Origin: Chiloscyllium plagiosum
Lineage: Eukaryota
Reading direction: 5' to 3'
Length of the DNA: 64,000 nt
Assembly (NCBI RefSeq): GCF_004010195.1
Contig: NC_057723.1
Span: forward strand, 47,146,532 to 47,210,531
Shown here: in pieces, positions 50,429 to 62,558 of the stretch
Numbering within the stretch: position 1 is the stretch's first letter
Layout: the number at the start of each line of letters is the position of its first letter
Translations under genes and position numbers: made by a program
Notes under the pieces: model-generated
What the model was told of the DNA's origin: nothing
The model's database searches: none
The model's input: only the letters and a program-made list of their open reading frames with translations

Positions 50429-51777
50429 GAAGAAACATGAGTGATTCAGAGGGAATGATAAATGTTGCTTTGCACCCTTCGTTGTACACTGAAAAACTGA
50501 TTGCATATTAATGACAGTAAATTAAGTGAAGTCAGAGCTGGTACTGTAGATGGATTAATTAGCTGGATATATTTACTCTTTTAACTCCGGTTTGGTTGAA
50601 TTGTTCTAAAAGATTTAATCTTGCTGTTTAAAATGTGAGAATGAGTCATTGTCAAAGGGTTATGAATGCAGAAACTGTGTTTGCTGTTTCCTGTTGTATT
50701 CTTGTTATATTTTAGTGTTGACATAAAGTTCAGCTTATGGTCTGTAGTAACTCCCAGGCTGTCAGTGGTAGGGGAGTTAGCATTGATAAAGGTGGAAGTG
50801 ATGATGGTGGGCATTCTTTTGTTTGAGATTGTAATTGTCTCACAATTACAGAACAACCTCGGTTATACGAACCTCAATTATCTGTATTTTGGTTTATTTG
50901 AACAAGATCTCAAGGTCCCATTCGGGCACACCGACCGGACTGAATCTGGCATCGCTAGCCAGCCTGGAGGTAACTCAGGCGGTGTGAGTCCTGGATTTGG
51001 TCCCTTGGGAAACTGTTAAAACCAAGTTACAACAATTGCTAGAGGATGTATGCGAGGATTCAGGGTGACAGGGGCCACACTGGCCTAAGGGATGACTGCC
51101 TGACCTGCCCATGGCTGTGGTAGTTTGGGGACTTCAGGAACTGTTCGTCCCTCCTGCCCTTCCTTGCAATGCAGCTTGCCTGCAAGCCACTGACCACTGA
51201 TCAACGCCAGGCACCCTAACTGAGAGCCTGATCTTTAAATCACCACCGACAGCCTGCAAACGTACAGAGGCCCTGGTGGGAATGTGCGAGTGATGTGCTG
51301 ATGGGAGTAGGTACCTTGTAGCAGGGGGGAGGGGGTGGTGTGAAAGGAGCATGATTAGTTATCCGAACGATCAGTTATCAGAACAAAATACTCCCCACCC
51401 GTGTCGTTCAGATAATCGAGGTTGCCCTAGTGGTGTGAATGTAACTGCCACTTGTCAGCTCAATTCTTGATGCTGTAAACTCACCTGGATTGCTGCAATA
51501 ATGGATGAACAGTGAAAGCAGCTGAACACTATGAATTCATCCCTTTATCGGCCAGTTGTGACCATATCATGGAGAAGATCATTGATGATGCAACAGTAAA
51601 TGTTTGAATAATGTATTTATTGTTGCATGTATTCTACAGTGAAATACAATAAAATGCAGTTAAGAGCTTTCATTTGTCGAAGAAACATGAATAAGACAGA
51701 GGGAATGATAAATGTGGCTTTGCACGATAAATGTGGTTGTACACTGAAAAACTGATTGCATACTAATGACAGTAAAT
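50429..51777. repeat. Dispersed direct repeat of about 95 bp (50429-50522 and 51679-51777)
   Basis: GAAGAAACATGA..CAGAGGGAATGATAAATGT.GCTTTGCAC..GTTGTACACTGAAAAACTGATTGCATA.TAATGACAGTAAAT occurs twice, 1250 bp apart. Confidence 0.85.
50849..51427. mobile_element. pogo/Tigger-like non-autonomous DNA transposon inside an old LINE fragment (about 50700-51595, minus strand)
   Basis: Terminal inverted repeats CAGAACAACCTCGGTTATACGAAC / GTTCAGATAATCGAGGTTGCCC; TA at 50847-50848 and 51428-51429; LINE sequence resumes on both sides. Confidence 0.82.
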
Positions 51778-51829
51778 CCATTTTGATAGTTTAAGAGTAA
51801 GAGTAAATGAAAAGATATAGCTTAAAGAG

Positions 51830-52120
51830 ATGTCCATCTACGTACGAGTTCTGAGCCAACATTGAACTACCACCGCCTCGCCAGACCCAACTAACATTGA
51901 AGTTGTTGATCCTCAAGTGCCATCTTTTACCACTGGGCCAATTTACCTTTACCACCATGCGTGCAGGGCACACCAGCGTTGGAGAGTATCGCCGTGATCG
52001 ATGTTGCCATGGTGACCTCCAGCCACTGTTTTGTTGCTGCCAGAGCAGGATCTAGCCAGTAACAAAGTTGACAATCCTCAGGCGCCATCTTTTGGTGCTG
52101 GGCCTACCTCACTGACATTG
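51830..52120. promoter_or_regulatory. CpG-retaining patch with RFX X-box and YY1 motifs
   Basis: GTTGCCATGGTGAC at 52003-52016; GGCGCCATCTTT at 52081-52092; second GCCATCTTTT near 51918-51927. Confidence 0.35.
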
Positions 52121-52734
52121 CCTCAGGACTTGGTCTCATTGGCTCAAGCACACTCTGAGGAAATATATTAACCTTTTCAACCAATTTATTATAAGATCAG
52201 TTTAAAAAAATGTATAGTAATGACACGAGGAATTGTGAGGGCAGACGGGGTGGCTGAAAACAGAATTTGTGTTGTTTTATTCTAAATTTGGATATAATTG
52301 ACATTCCATTATAACTGTCATATATAGTTGGGTGAGATGGGAAAGAAATTGGGGGCATTTGTACCCTTTTTTTAATGTGGTACGCACTTACAGATCAAAT
52401 GGCATCAATAGCAAGTGCACTTTGCTTCAGATGCGACATTATTAAGGGCAATAGCTGACAGAGATATGCAAAGCAGATGGATCATGGATAAGATATCATT
52501 GTGAAGCCCAGTGCTGTAGCTCATGCTCTCTCCTAACCCCACACAGTTGGCCATTTGGACAGTAACAAGGCGAATCCCCACCGGTGCTTGATGAACTAAA
52601 TTCTTTTTATATAAGACATAATAAATTTCTTATTAAAATAAATTATTATAAATAGTTTTAATTTAGTGCAATTGCTCTGCTCTCATCAGGGCTAGGAGAT
52701 CAGGAAACAAACTTAAAAAGAGAATAATACTTTA

Positions 52735-53612
52735 TTTTTTTTTCTTACTTTTTTTTACCCCCACACGACTGCCTAACTGCGGTAGTGCTTATTATTTTCC
52801 CCAGCACCCATGGTGTGTGTGTGTGCAGGTGTGAGACACAGTGAGAGACACAAGGTGCATGAATCTTTATTCAATTTCCACCACCAGGAAGATAGGAAAA
52901 CACCCGAGTGGCCAGTGACAAACACTGCCCTTCACATCAAAGGGCAGTGCTGTGTGATCAAACAGTGAAGGGGAGGGCAGGGATTAAATCAAAATAGAGT
53001 TGGAGGGGGAAATAATGCACTCCACTCCCTGTGGCGCCCACCTCTCCCTGAACAACTCAAGGGTGTTGGTGGACACCGCGTGCTCCTTCTCCAAGGACAC
53101 CCAGGCCCTAACGTAACTACGGAAGAGGGGCAAGAATAATACTTTATTTCTTTTTTTTTTACAAACACTGCCCTTACTTCCCGAGTTCATTTCTTTTTTT
53201 CCCTGTTTATGTTTTGTTTGTTTTTTGTTTTTTTTCCTTTTTTCCACACTACCACCTAAGTGCAGTAGTGCTTATTTTTTCCCCAGCACCATGGTGTGTG
53301 TGTGCAGGTGTGAGACACAGTGAGAGACACAAGGTGCATGAATCTTTATTCAATTTCCACCACCAGGAAGATAGGAAAACACCCGGGTGGCCAGTGACAA
53401 ACACTGCCCTTCACATCAAAGGGCAGTGCTGTGTGATCAAAACAGTGAAGGGGAGGGTAGGGACTAAATCAAAATGGAGTTGGAGGGAGAAATGATGCAC
53501 TCCACTCCCTGCGGCGCCCACCTCTCCCTGAACAACTCCAGGGTGTTGGTCGACACCGCGTGCTCCTTCTCCAAGGACACCCAGGCCCTAACGTAACCAC
53601 GGAAGAGGGGCA
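52735..53612 (-). mobile_element. Tandem dimer of Tx1-clade LINE 3' ends
   Basis: LPLFRSYVRAWVSLEKEHAVSTNTLELFRERWAPQGVEC, 3' UTR and poly-A present twice; AGAATAATACTTTA at 52721, 53133 and 53613. Confidence 0.85.
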
Positions 53613-53901
53613 AGAATAATACTTTACAAAACACAGGAAGAGTGCTGATTAGTTGGGTCCATGATTAGCATGGAGATGCAGCAGGAATCGTTAACTATCA
53701 ATCTGAGCTAACTGGTTAAACTTAGACCTTGATTGGTCTAGTTGTTGCCTTAAGAAATGTAGCTGGGATTGGCTGTCTTCATAATCTATTCCTCATTGAA
53801 AATGGAACGATACATAAATGTATTCAAATTGCCAAGAACAAACAAAATCCTGTGTCCAATATGTAGCTTCTCGCACAAGTGAATTAAACACTCTATAAGC
53901 C

Positions 53902-54283
53902 AGTTTCCTCATTTCCCCTCCCCCCACCCTGTCTCAGTCAAATCCATCAAATTCAGCACCGCCTTCCTAAACTGAGATCTTCTTCCCGACCTCTCCGCCC
54001 CCACCCNNNNNNNNNNNNNNNNNNNNNNNNNNNNNNNNNNNNNNNNNNNNNNNNNNNNCACCTTGACCTCTTTCCACCTATCACATTTCCGACGTCCCTC
54101 CCCCAAGTCCCTCCTCCCTACCTTTTATCTTAGCCTGCTGGACAAACTTTCCTCATTCCTGAAGAAGGGCTTATGCCCGAAACGTCGATTCTCCTGTTCC
54201 CTGGATGCTGCCTGACCTGCTGCGCTTTTCCTGCAACACATTTCCAGCTCTGATAACTCCAGCATCTGCAGACCTCACTTTCT
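53902..54283 (+). mobile_element. 5'-truncated Penelope terminal repeat with N gap
   Basis: Reverse-complement match to 2580-2797 and 3200-3340; TSD ACTCTATAAGCC at 53890-53901 and 54284-54295. Confidence 0.9.
54155..54190 (+). ncRNA. Minimal type I hammerhead ribozyme motif
   Basis: AUUC CUGAAGA A GGGC UUAU GCCC GAAAC GUC GAUU; one mismatch in stem I. Confidence 0.82.
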
Positions 54284-54357
54284 ACTCTATAAGCCTGACT
54301 GACAAACTTAATTATTTCTCTGGCATAATTCCTAGATTATTTAGTGAATATTCATTG

Positions 54358-54662
54358 AATTATGGAATCCGTACAATGTGGAAAGAGACTGTTTGGCCCA
54401 TTGCGTTTATACTGACCCTCCAAAACCGTAAACCAGTATGTACCGAGGCTAATCCACCTAGTCTGTTCATCCCTGGATAGTACAGGGCAATTTTTAGCAT
54501 GACCAATCAATGTAACTGGCACATGTTTGGACCATGGGAGGAAGCTGGAACACCCAGAAGAAACCCAAGCAGAAAACGTGCAAGCTCCATACAGATAGTC
54601 ACTCGAGGGTGCAATTGAACCCAGGTCCCTGATGCTGTGTGGCAGCTATGCTCACCATGCCA
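54358..54662 (-). mobile_element. Old HE1 SINE
   Basis: GGGCAATTTTTAGCATGACCAATC...GTGCAAGCTCCATACAG...TGAACCCAGGTCCCTG. Confidence 0.8.
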
Positions 54663-55344
54663 ATTATGTTATTCAATAGCAGAGTTGCATCTAATTTCTT
54701 GGTATTCTGGGGTTTCCAAACTTAGCACTTTGTGACTGCCATATTTCAACATTGGCCGATACTGGAATCAAAAATATTTTATTTCCTCCATTGACCATAG
54801 ATAGCATAGGCTGAAGAACAATGCTTGATATCCTGACAGGAATTAGAATTCTTTCGTTCTGCAAAGTTCCATTGTGTAAGTGTATTTTAATTACCAAGAC
54901 CAATCAAGTGGTGGCTGCTGAATAACATGGGGTACTGTTGACAATGTGGCTGATGACTGTTGTGTATAACCCATACATGCCATGTTGCCTCACAAGTTTA
55001 TAATGTAGGCGACAAAGGTATGTGAAGACTATATTTTCACCACTTGGATTACTCTGGAGGAAGACTAAAGTATTTGGTAGATTAATTTTCGAATCCTCCT
55101 GGTCTGAATGCTGCAGAAGCTTACTTTCTTAATGGAGCACCCCTTATCACCAGCTACATGCTGAGCAGTTGAGGAGCAAGAATATGAATTGGAGGAAGAA
55201 AAACAGAAATGGAAAAGGAAGCTATAGAACTCCTTTATGACAGGATACATCCAAGTGAGATGCCAATCCGGATCCAAGCCAGTTGGTGAGACAGAAACTA
55301 TTACATTTTTCTCTGTGAATAGAATTTATCAACTGTTCAGCCTT

Positions 55345-56070
55345 TATTTTCATTTTTGAAAACCCACTATCAAGTCATCCCACCAGACTACTATCGATGA
55401 GTAGCAATTAAGCAACAACATAAAAGGGAAAGGAAGAGTAGGGAAAGAGGGAGGGGTTAGATAGAAATGGTGGTAGAAAGAGAGATAATGCACTCTAATC
55501 CCTCCTCAGGCCCACATCTCTCTAAAAGCCTCAAAGGTTTTGGTGAAAACCATCTGCTCCCTTTCCAAGGACACTTGGGCACAAACGTGGCGATGAAAGA
55601 GGGGCAGGAAGTTGGGAACTGTGACCCTCTCAGTAGTCTGTAGCGTCGACCTGCTGATGACAACTTCAGCCAGGCTTAGGGACAGACCGCAAGGCAGTCC
55701 TCCCATTTACCACACCCATAGTCCCCTCCAGGTGCCCAAAGCTCAAGAGTAAGGGCTGAAATACAGCCATAAGAACAATAACGACTTTTTAAAATAACTT
55801 AAAGGGGGTGCAAATCCCACAACATAAACATGGTTCTAAGGCTCAACAGTTGAGCTGGAAGTCTGTGAACTAAGTTAATCTATGGTTGTACAGGACCGCT
55901 GCATGCAATACCCTCCATTTCAGGTCATCAGTGGACACTGAGGGCGTTTCCATGAGGTGATTCAGATTGTAGAACAGAGGATCTAAGGGTGGTTTTGGAA
56001 CCCAGGGTCTTGGTAAAAGAGTTACTCAGTCTTACAATTTCTTTGATGTACCAGTCCTACTTGTTCTCCT
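55345..56070 (-). mobile_element. Older Tx1-clade LINE 3' fragment
   Basis: LPLFHRHVCAQVSLEREQMVFTKTFEAFREMWA and GLECIIS parallel the 53 kb copies. Confidence 0.75.
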
Positions 56071-56084
56071 CTTTTAGACTTTAT

Positions 56085-56445
56085 TTCAAGGATGATGGAT
56101 GTTGTTGACAAGGCCAGCATTTGTTGCCCATCCCTTTAGTATCCTGGAACCTAGTAGCATCCTAGACCATTTTATAGGGCAGTGAAGAACTATGGGTTTA
56201 GATTCACCTTACTCTAGCTGTGTAAGGATGGTAGAACTTTGTCACAAAGGACACAAGTGAATGAGTTAAGTTTTTATAACAATCGATAATTGTTTCATGG
56301 TCACAATTAATAAGATTTGCATTCAATTCCAGATTGCGATAATTGCAATTCCTTGGTGGAATTTGAACTCATGTCTTTGGTGCAATTGCCTGCGTCTCTG
56401 ACTTTTTAGTTCAATGACATTACTGCTGCTCTACCATCTCTCTCC
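56085..56445 (-). mobile_element. Old SINE of the 28646-29002 family
   Basis: AAGGCCAGCATTTGTTGCCCATCCCT...GAATTTGAACTC. Confidence 0.7.
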
Positions 56446-56514
56446 ACATTTTTCTGTCTTTGTTCTCCTCTTTATATCTACCCAGTCAATTAATTTATCA
56501 ATTAACCCTGATTT

Positions 56515-57345
56515 TCTTTTTTACTCACTCACAGGTGGGCATTGCTGATTGGCCAGCATTTCTTGTCCATCCTCAGTTGTCCTTGAGAAGGTGGTGGTGA
56601 GCTGCCTTCCTGAACTGGAGTTGTTAGGGCTGCACCATCCAGCCAAGTTGGGGGAATTCCATCACACTTCTGACTTGTGCCTTGTAGATGGTAGACAGGC
56701 TTTGAGGATTCAGGAGGTGAGTTACTCCTAACCTCCGAGGTATTCCCGCCTCTGACCTGCTCTTGCTTCCACTGTGTTTATATGGCAATTCCAATTGCGT
56801 TTCTGGCCAATGGAAACCCCTAGGAAGATGATAATGGGGCATTCAGCGATGGCAACACCCCATTGAATGTCAAGAGATGGTAGTTAGATTGTCTCTTATC
56901 AGAGATGGCCATTGCCAGGCATTTGTGTGGTAAAATGCTACTTGCCACTTATCAGCCCAAGTCTGGATATTGTCCAGATTTTATTGCATTTTTAAATGGA
57001 TTGCTTCAGTGTTGGAGGAGACGCAAATGGTGCTGAACATTGTGCAATCGTCAGTGAACATTCCCATTTCTGATCTCATAATGAAGGGAAGGTCATTGAT
57101 GAAGCAGTTGAAGATGGTTGGGCCTATAACACTATCCTGAGGAACTCCCACAGAGGTGTCCTGGAGCTGAGATATCTAATCTCCAACAACCAGAACCATC
57201 TTCCTCTGTGTCAGGAATGATTCCAACCAGTGGAGAGTTTGTCCCCTGATACCCATTAATTCCAGTTTTTCTGGAGCTCATCCATGCAAAATTTAGTCGA
57301 GTGCAACCTTAATGCCAAGGGCTGTCAATCTCATCTCACTCTGCA
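56515..57345 (-). mobile_element. CR1-group LINE 3' portion
   Basis: HLLNPQSLSTIYKAQVRSVME; tail shared with the SINE; related copies at 50080-50255 (+) and 60580-61470 (-). Confidence 0.8.
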
Positions 57346-57989
57346 ATTACCAGATTAACTATTTGCTACATTAACAGATTCTCCCTGAATAAAAGTTTTG
57401 AACACATACAAACAATCCTTAAACAAAATTAATTAAAATTAAACACTTATTCATTCTATACTTTACTTTATGATGTCACTGTCCAGGAACATATTTGGTT
57501 CATATTTTAAGTAAAACAATTAATATTGCACATTTCTTCCTCTTTCTTTAAACAAAAAAGGTTAAACAAAATGGCCGGGAACAAAAATTGATTTTCGAAC
57601 ATTTAGTCATCTAACCAAGCATCTTCTTCAAGATCTCTTATAAGTTCTGAAATGGAGCCCTCTGTATTAGAATACATGGCTTCCAATACACAGTGCGCCA
57701 CATTGTGAGCCCACTTGACATATCCTAAATTGGTTGTCATTGCAATTCTTTATTCTTTGGAATTATGATGAGTGCAAGATCAAAGGCTTTGACAAAATAT
57801 ACCTTTTTTTAACAATACTCAAGTTCAGTACTACCAAACCACTATTTCCTTAATGTTAGCAAGGTCATTTTCAGCCTTTTTGTAGAGATATCCTTTGTGT
57901 ACATTTGCCAGCACCAAATTGCTTCTCATTTGTAAATTCATCTGTAAACTATTACCCTTGGTTTGCTGTCACTGAGACAATTCTGAATC

Positions 57990-58290
57990 CAACATATCAT
58001 ATTCCATTGTATCCCATGGGCTTTTACTTCTCTGACCACTCTGCCATGTGGAAACTTGTCAAGTGGCTTCCTTAAATCCATGGGGACCACATCCACTGCA
58101 ATATCCTCATCAATCTTCCTTGTTATTTTCCTATAAAATTCAATTAAATTAGTGAGACATAACCCTCTCTTGACAAAACCATGCTGTCTCTGATTATTGT
58201 GCGCCTTTGTAAATAGCAGTTAATCCTATCACTCTGTATTGATTCAAGTAACTTGTTCACCTCTGTGGGTCAGACTGGCCAGCCTGTTAT
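57990..58290 (-). mobile_element. Old CR1 RT fragment
   Basis: Reverse complement encodes QHGFVKR...AVDVVPMDLRKPLDK (QHGF..VD.VY.DF.KAFDKV). Confidence 0.65.
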
Positions 58291-59249
58291 TATTAATGTA
58301 ATTGGATAGCCTCTCCCATGATGCCTACATCCCATGAATGATTAATGACAATAAAAAATTCTTGTCTCGCATCTGTTTATAATATGCTCTGAGAAATCTG
58401 TGTTAAATTAGGGGAATTTAATGGTTGTGCCAGTGGGGAGATCCATATGAATGGGCCTGGCCACTCTAGGATCCTGACCTGATTTAATACCAATCAGGGA
58501 TATATCTAGTTGATGATGGGGCCTCGGCAACTTTAGGGCAGATGTTTTGCCCCCGGCCAGCCAAAGCTCTCCAGCATCAGCAGCTCCACTGGGAATAGTG
58601 GCCACTGGCAGTACTGCAGTGGGACTGACGAACAGGTTCATTTTTGGAACCCCGACGAAAGCAGGGTTGGGAGGATAGGTCAGCTGAAAGGATTGAAGGC
58701 CATTAACCACTTGGTGGCTCTTGTTGATGGCATCACTCTTTTGGCCAAATAAAGGAATACCCCACAGCATGTTGTTTACATGGTGTGGTCCCTGACCACC
58801 AACCTTAAGTAGCCTTAAATGGGCCCATCAATGGGCCTCTGGGTGGAAGGTCATCCTCAAACCTTCCCTGCCTTGGACTTAGTCAGAGGAATTTGGGAAG
58901 ATGATGGGATCTCTAATTTTCATGCCTTCATCTGATTAGCAGGTTAACAAGTTGATCAGATGATTCTACCTCTCAGCCCACCTTGAATCATGTAATTCCA
59001 ATCTTTGTGTGCTGAACTCACAAATAGCCCAAGGCAGTATCATACTTAGCTAATGTGAATTCTCATTCCCCATGGTTGCTGAGCGACTGCCAAGCTCTGC
59101 TTCAGTCACAATGTACCTTCTTTTTCGGAGGTGATATTGGTAGCTTTAATAGCTAATAGCCACTCAAGATATCAACCTCCTGCCGATACATCCAGCCAAT
59201 CAGAAATACAGTCAGAGTAGGATTGTTGTTGGAATCATTAAAATAAACA

Positions 59250-60560
59250 GGCAGCATAAAATTTGCATATGGCATCATGTGGCTACCTCACTATAGTTCG
59301 CTGAGGGTTAATCATACATAATGATCTTTATGGCCTATTGAACCTATTGAATTCCAATAGCTCCTCAAATACAATCACATCCGTTTTTGATGAAAGCCCT
59401 CATATTAGAATTTTTGACTTTGTGCCATTCAATCTACTTTTTTTTCATTTCCGCCCCTAGTTATACAGTTTTAGTTTTCTTTTAGATAGGAAATTTCCTT
59501 CCATCTTTCTAATGATTATATTTTCAGCCTGGTTTATCCTGAATGCCTCTGTGAAATTGTCCTATTAAATTTCTGCTCCTCAGGACCCATTTCCCAATTG
59601 GAATGAAAATTATTTTAAAATCCTGATTTCCACTTTCTTCTTCTTCCTCCCATGTTTAAATTAATTTAGAAAGAATCTTCCATGTTCCACTGAATAATTT
59701 AAATAAAAATCAATATCCCCAGCTTGTTACCATCCGATGCGTAGTTAATTTTATAATGCTCATTTTTTTTTGTAATTTTAATTTAAGAAATTATCGTTCT
59801 TAATCCTTTGATAAACTTTAATTGAATTTCCAGTCTGTTTAGAAGGTTTTACAAAAGCCCATTCTATTAAATTCAATTCTTGATAATGCCTTGTAAAATG
59901 CCTCCGTTCCTTTAATTTCTAAGCAGCTGCAGTATGGGGATGTAATTTTTATAGCTAATTCTTATTATGTCGCAGATTATATTTGAAAATATCTTTTCTT
60001 CATGAATGCACATGTTGCTTTTATTTTTCTTTTTGCCCCCCAAAAGAGTTGAGGATGTACAATGGAATCACAAAAAAAACTCCATGTGTAGGTGGTAAGT
60101 GTCAAAGCATACATTAACATTTATGATGCTTTGAGAATTCTATCATAGAATATATTTTATTTCTCCTGGGAGCTTTATCCATTCCTTCTGAAAGAATTCT
60201 TAAAGAATTGTCTCTGAAATATCTTAAAATATCGCTCCATCATTAAAACATTACAGGCTGCGCATTACATTTTAAACTTTTATATTCTAAACATAAACTG
60301 CAGGTAGAATCTTGCAGGGACAATTGAGAAGTTCTGAATTAATGGAAGCAGCTAAAGTGCTTTAAATATGCTATTTTTTAAAAATGCGAAATATTTCAGT
60401 TTGAATAAGAAATCTAGCCATTGAAATGTAATTGAGTTTAGCATAGAAAATTTGCATTTGAAAATACATCACAATCCTCATAAATTCTGTTTCATTTTAT
60501 ACTTAAAGAAACATTTTTGGCTTTGAAAGCAACTTTGTAATTCTAAAGTCACCTTATAAA
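59250..60560 (-). mobile_element. Ancient AT-rich L1/Tx1-like ORF2 remnant
   Basis: KAPRR..IEFSKH near 60130-60175 resembles KAPGPDG...EFYK; heavily decayed. Confidence 0.35.
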
Positions 60561-60579
60561 AGAAAATAATTCAGTTAAG

Positions 60580-61780
60580 TGTACATATTGCTGGATCTTT
60601 CTGAGGACAGATTGGGGAGTGAGAGGCTAGCAAAATGTTGAAGATGGGAGATGCCATGCTGTTTAAGTGGACTGCTTTGTCTTGCATGGTGTCAGGTTTC
60701 TGAGTGTTGATGGACTTGCATTCATGCAGAAAATTGGAAAGGATTCCTGACTTGTGTCCCATGAACAGGGTTTCAGGAGTAAGGAAGTGAGTTACTTGCC
60801 ATAGAATAGCCAGCATCTGAGCTGCTTGTGTAGCCACAGTACTTTTATGCCAGTGTATTTCCGTTTCTGGTTAACGGTAATCCATAAATTGTTGTTCGTG
60901 GGGGATACAGTGATGCTAATGCCATTGAATGTCAAGGGGTGATGATTGAATTTTCTTTTGTTGGTGATGGTCATTGTCTTGTATTTGTGTGGTGTGAATG
61001 TTACTTGCTATTCTTTAACCCAAGTCTGAATGCAGTCCTGATCTTGCTACATTTGGGCCTGGACCGACCCAGCATCTGAAGAGTCTCGAATGGTGCTGAA
61101 CATAGTGTAATCCCCATGTCTGGCCTTATACCAGAAGGAAGGAAGATCACTGATGAAGTAGCTGTACCTGGTTTGGGCGAGATGAAGACCTGAGGGACTC
61201 CAGTAGTGATGTCCTGGAGCTGAAAATTATTGACCCAGCTATAACCATCTTCCTCAGAGAGAACTGCCTCTGGTTCCTATTGACTCTATTTTTTCTGGGC
61301 CTCCTTCAGATAACACTGATGAAATACTACCATGATGTTAAGGGCAGTCATTTTCACATTCATTCTCAACTTCAGCTTCTGTTCATACTTAGACAAACAT
61401 TGTAATGAGATCAGGTGCTGAGAGTTCCTGATAGCACCATACTGGGTATCAGAGAGCAAGCTTTCATTGGATACTGATTTGTGAGCTGGAATGCCTGGGC
61501 CTCTGTATTACCTGCCGGTTGCTGTTGGACTGCCTGATGGTCACTCTTTCTCTTTCTGCCTCCAGGCCTTTAACAGTGGTGTGACCACCTTTCTACACAC
61601 CACCCAAATCATTTTCAGCCTGATGAGTGTGCTATGGTGACTCCAGCCTCTGCTTGAGCTTTGAAGCCTGGAGCTCAAGGTTTCTGCTGCTGGTGATGCT
61701 TCTTGCATATGTGTTTGTCTAGGACACTAGTGGAGTCCATGACTTTCCACACATTCCATTCAGTTGAGCTGTGCTGACCT
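60580..61780 (-). mobile_element. CR1-group LINE RT fragment (60580-61470) and CR1 ORF1 N-terminal remnant (61480-61780)
   Basis: HHPLTFNGISITVSPTNN.L.ITVNQK; MWKVMDSTSVLDKHICKK. Confidence 0.65.
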
Positions 61781-61961
61781 ATCTTAAACTCATTTCGAAA
61801 CTTTGGACCATTTTACTATGTATTATTTGGCCTTGACTGTTCCTTATTCCTGAGTTTCTCAGTTTAATCCAGCTTGATCTTGTTTCCTGTAGGAAATTGG
61901 AGAAAAAGCACTAACTATGAGTTGCAATGGTCCATATTGCCAGCAAGGCAAGTATCCTAGT

Positions 61962-62558
61962 GTTCTGGAGCAAACTGAGTAAAGAATTGTGGCGCTGGAA
62001 AGGGACATCCGGACAGGCAGCATCCGAGGAGCAGGAGAGTAGATGTTTTGAGCATAAGGTCTTCATCAGGAGTGTGGGTGGGGGGCTGCAAGGGATTTGA
62101 GAGATAAATGGGAGTGATGTGGGATTGGGGAGAGGTAGCTGGGAATGTGTTGGTAGAAGAAGTTGGGGGCTGATGGTGATAGGTCGGAGTAACAGTGGAG
62201 CTAATAGGTGAGAAGGAAGTTGGACTGGTAGGACAATTCAAGAGGGCGGTGCCGGGTTGGAGGGTTTGATCTGGGATAAGGTGGGAGGGGAGGGGAGATG
62301 AGGAAACTGGTGAAATCGACATTGATCCTGTGTGATTGGAGGGTCCCAAGACGGAAGATGAGGTGATCTTCCTCTTGGTGATGGGTTGCTAGAATTTGGC
62401 GGTGGAGGAGGCCTCGGACTAGGATGTCCTTGCTGGAGTGGGAGGAAGGAGTTGAATTGCTTGGCCACAGGGTGGTGGGATTGATTGGTGCATGTGTCCT
62501 GCAGATGTTCTCTGAAACATTTCACAAGTTGGCGTCCTGTCTCCCCCACCTGTCATTC
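61962..62558 (-). mobile_element. Older 5'-truncated Penelope-like element (GIY-YIG end plus terminal repeat)
   Basis: GETGRQLVKCFREHLQD...PVAKQFNS; decayed hammerhead near 62037-62073; possible TSD TATCCTAGT at 61953-61961 and 62559-62567. Confidence 0.85.

Noticed and set aside
54007-54058. N run as a biological feature
   Set aside because: Assembly gap within a repeat.
54830-55290. Possible micro-exons bounded by AG and GTAAGT/GTGAGA
   Set aside because: No polypyrimidine tracts and no recognisable peptide.
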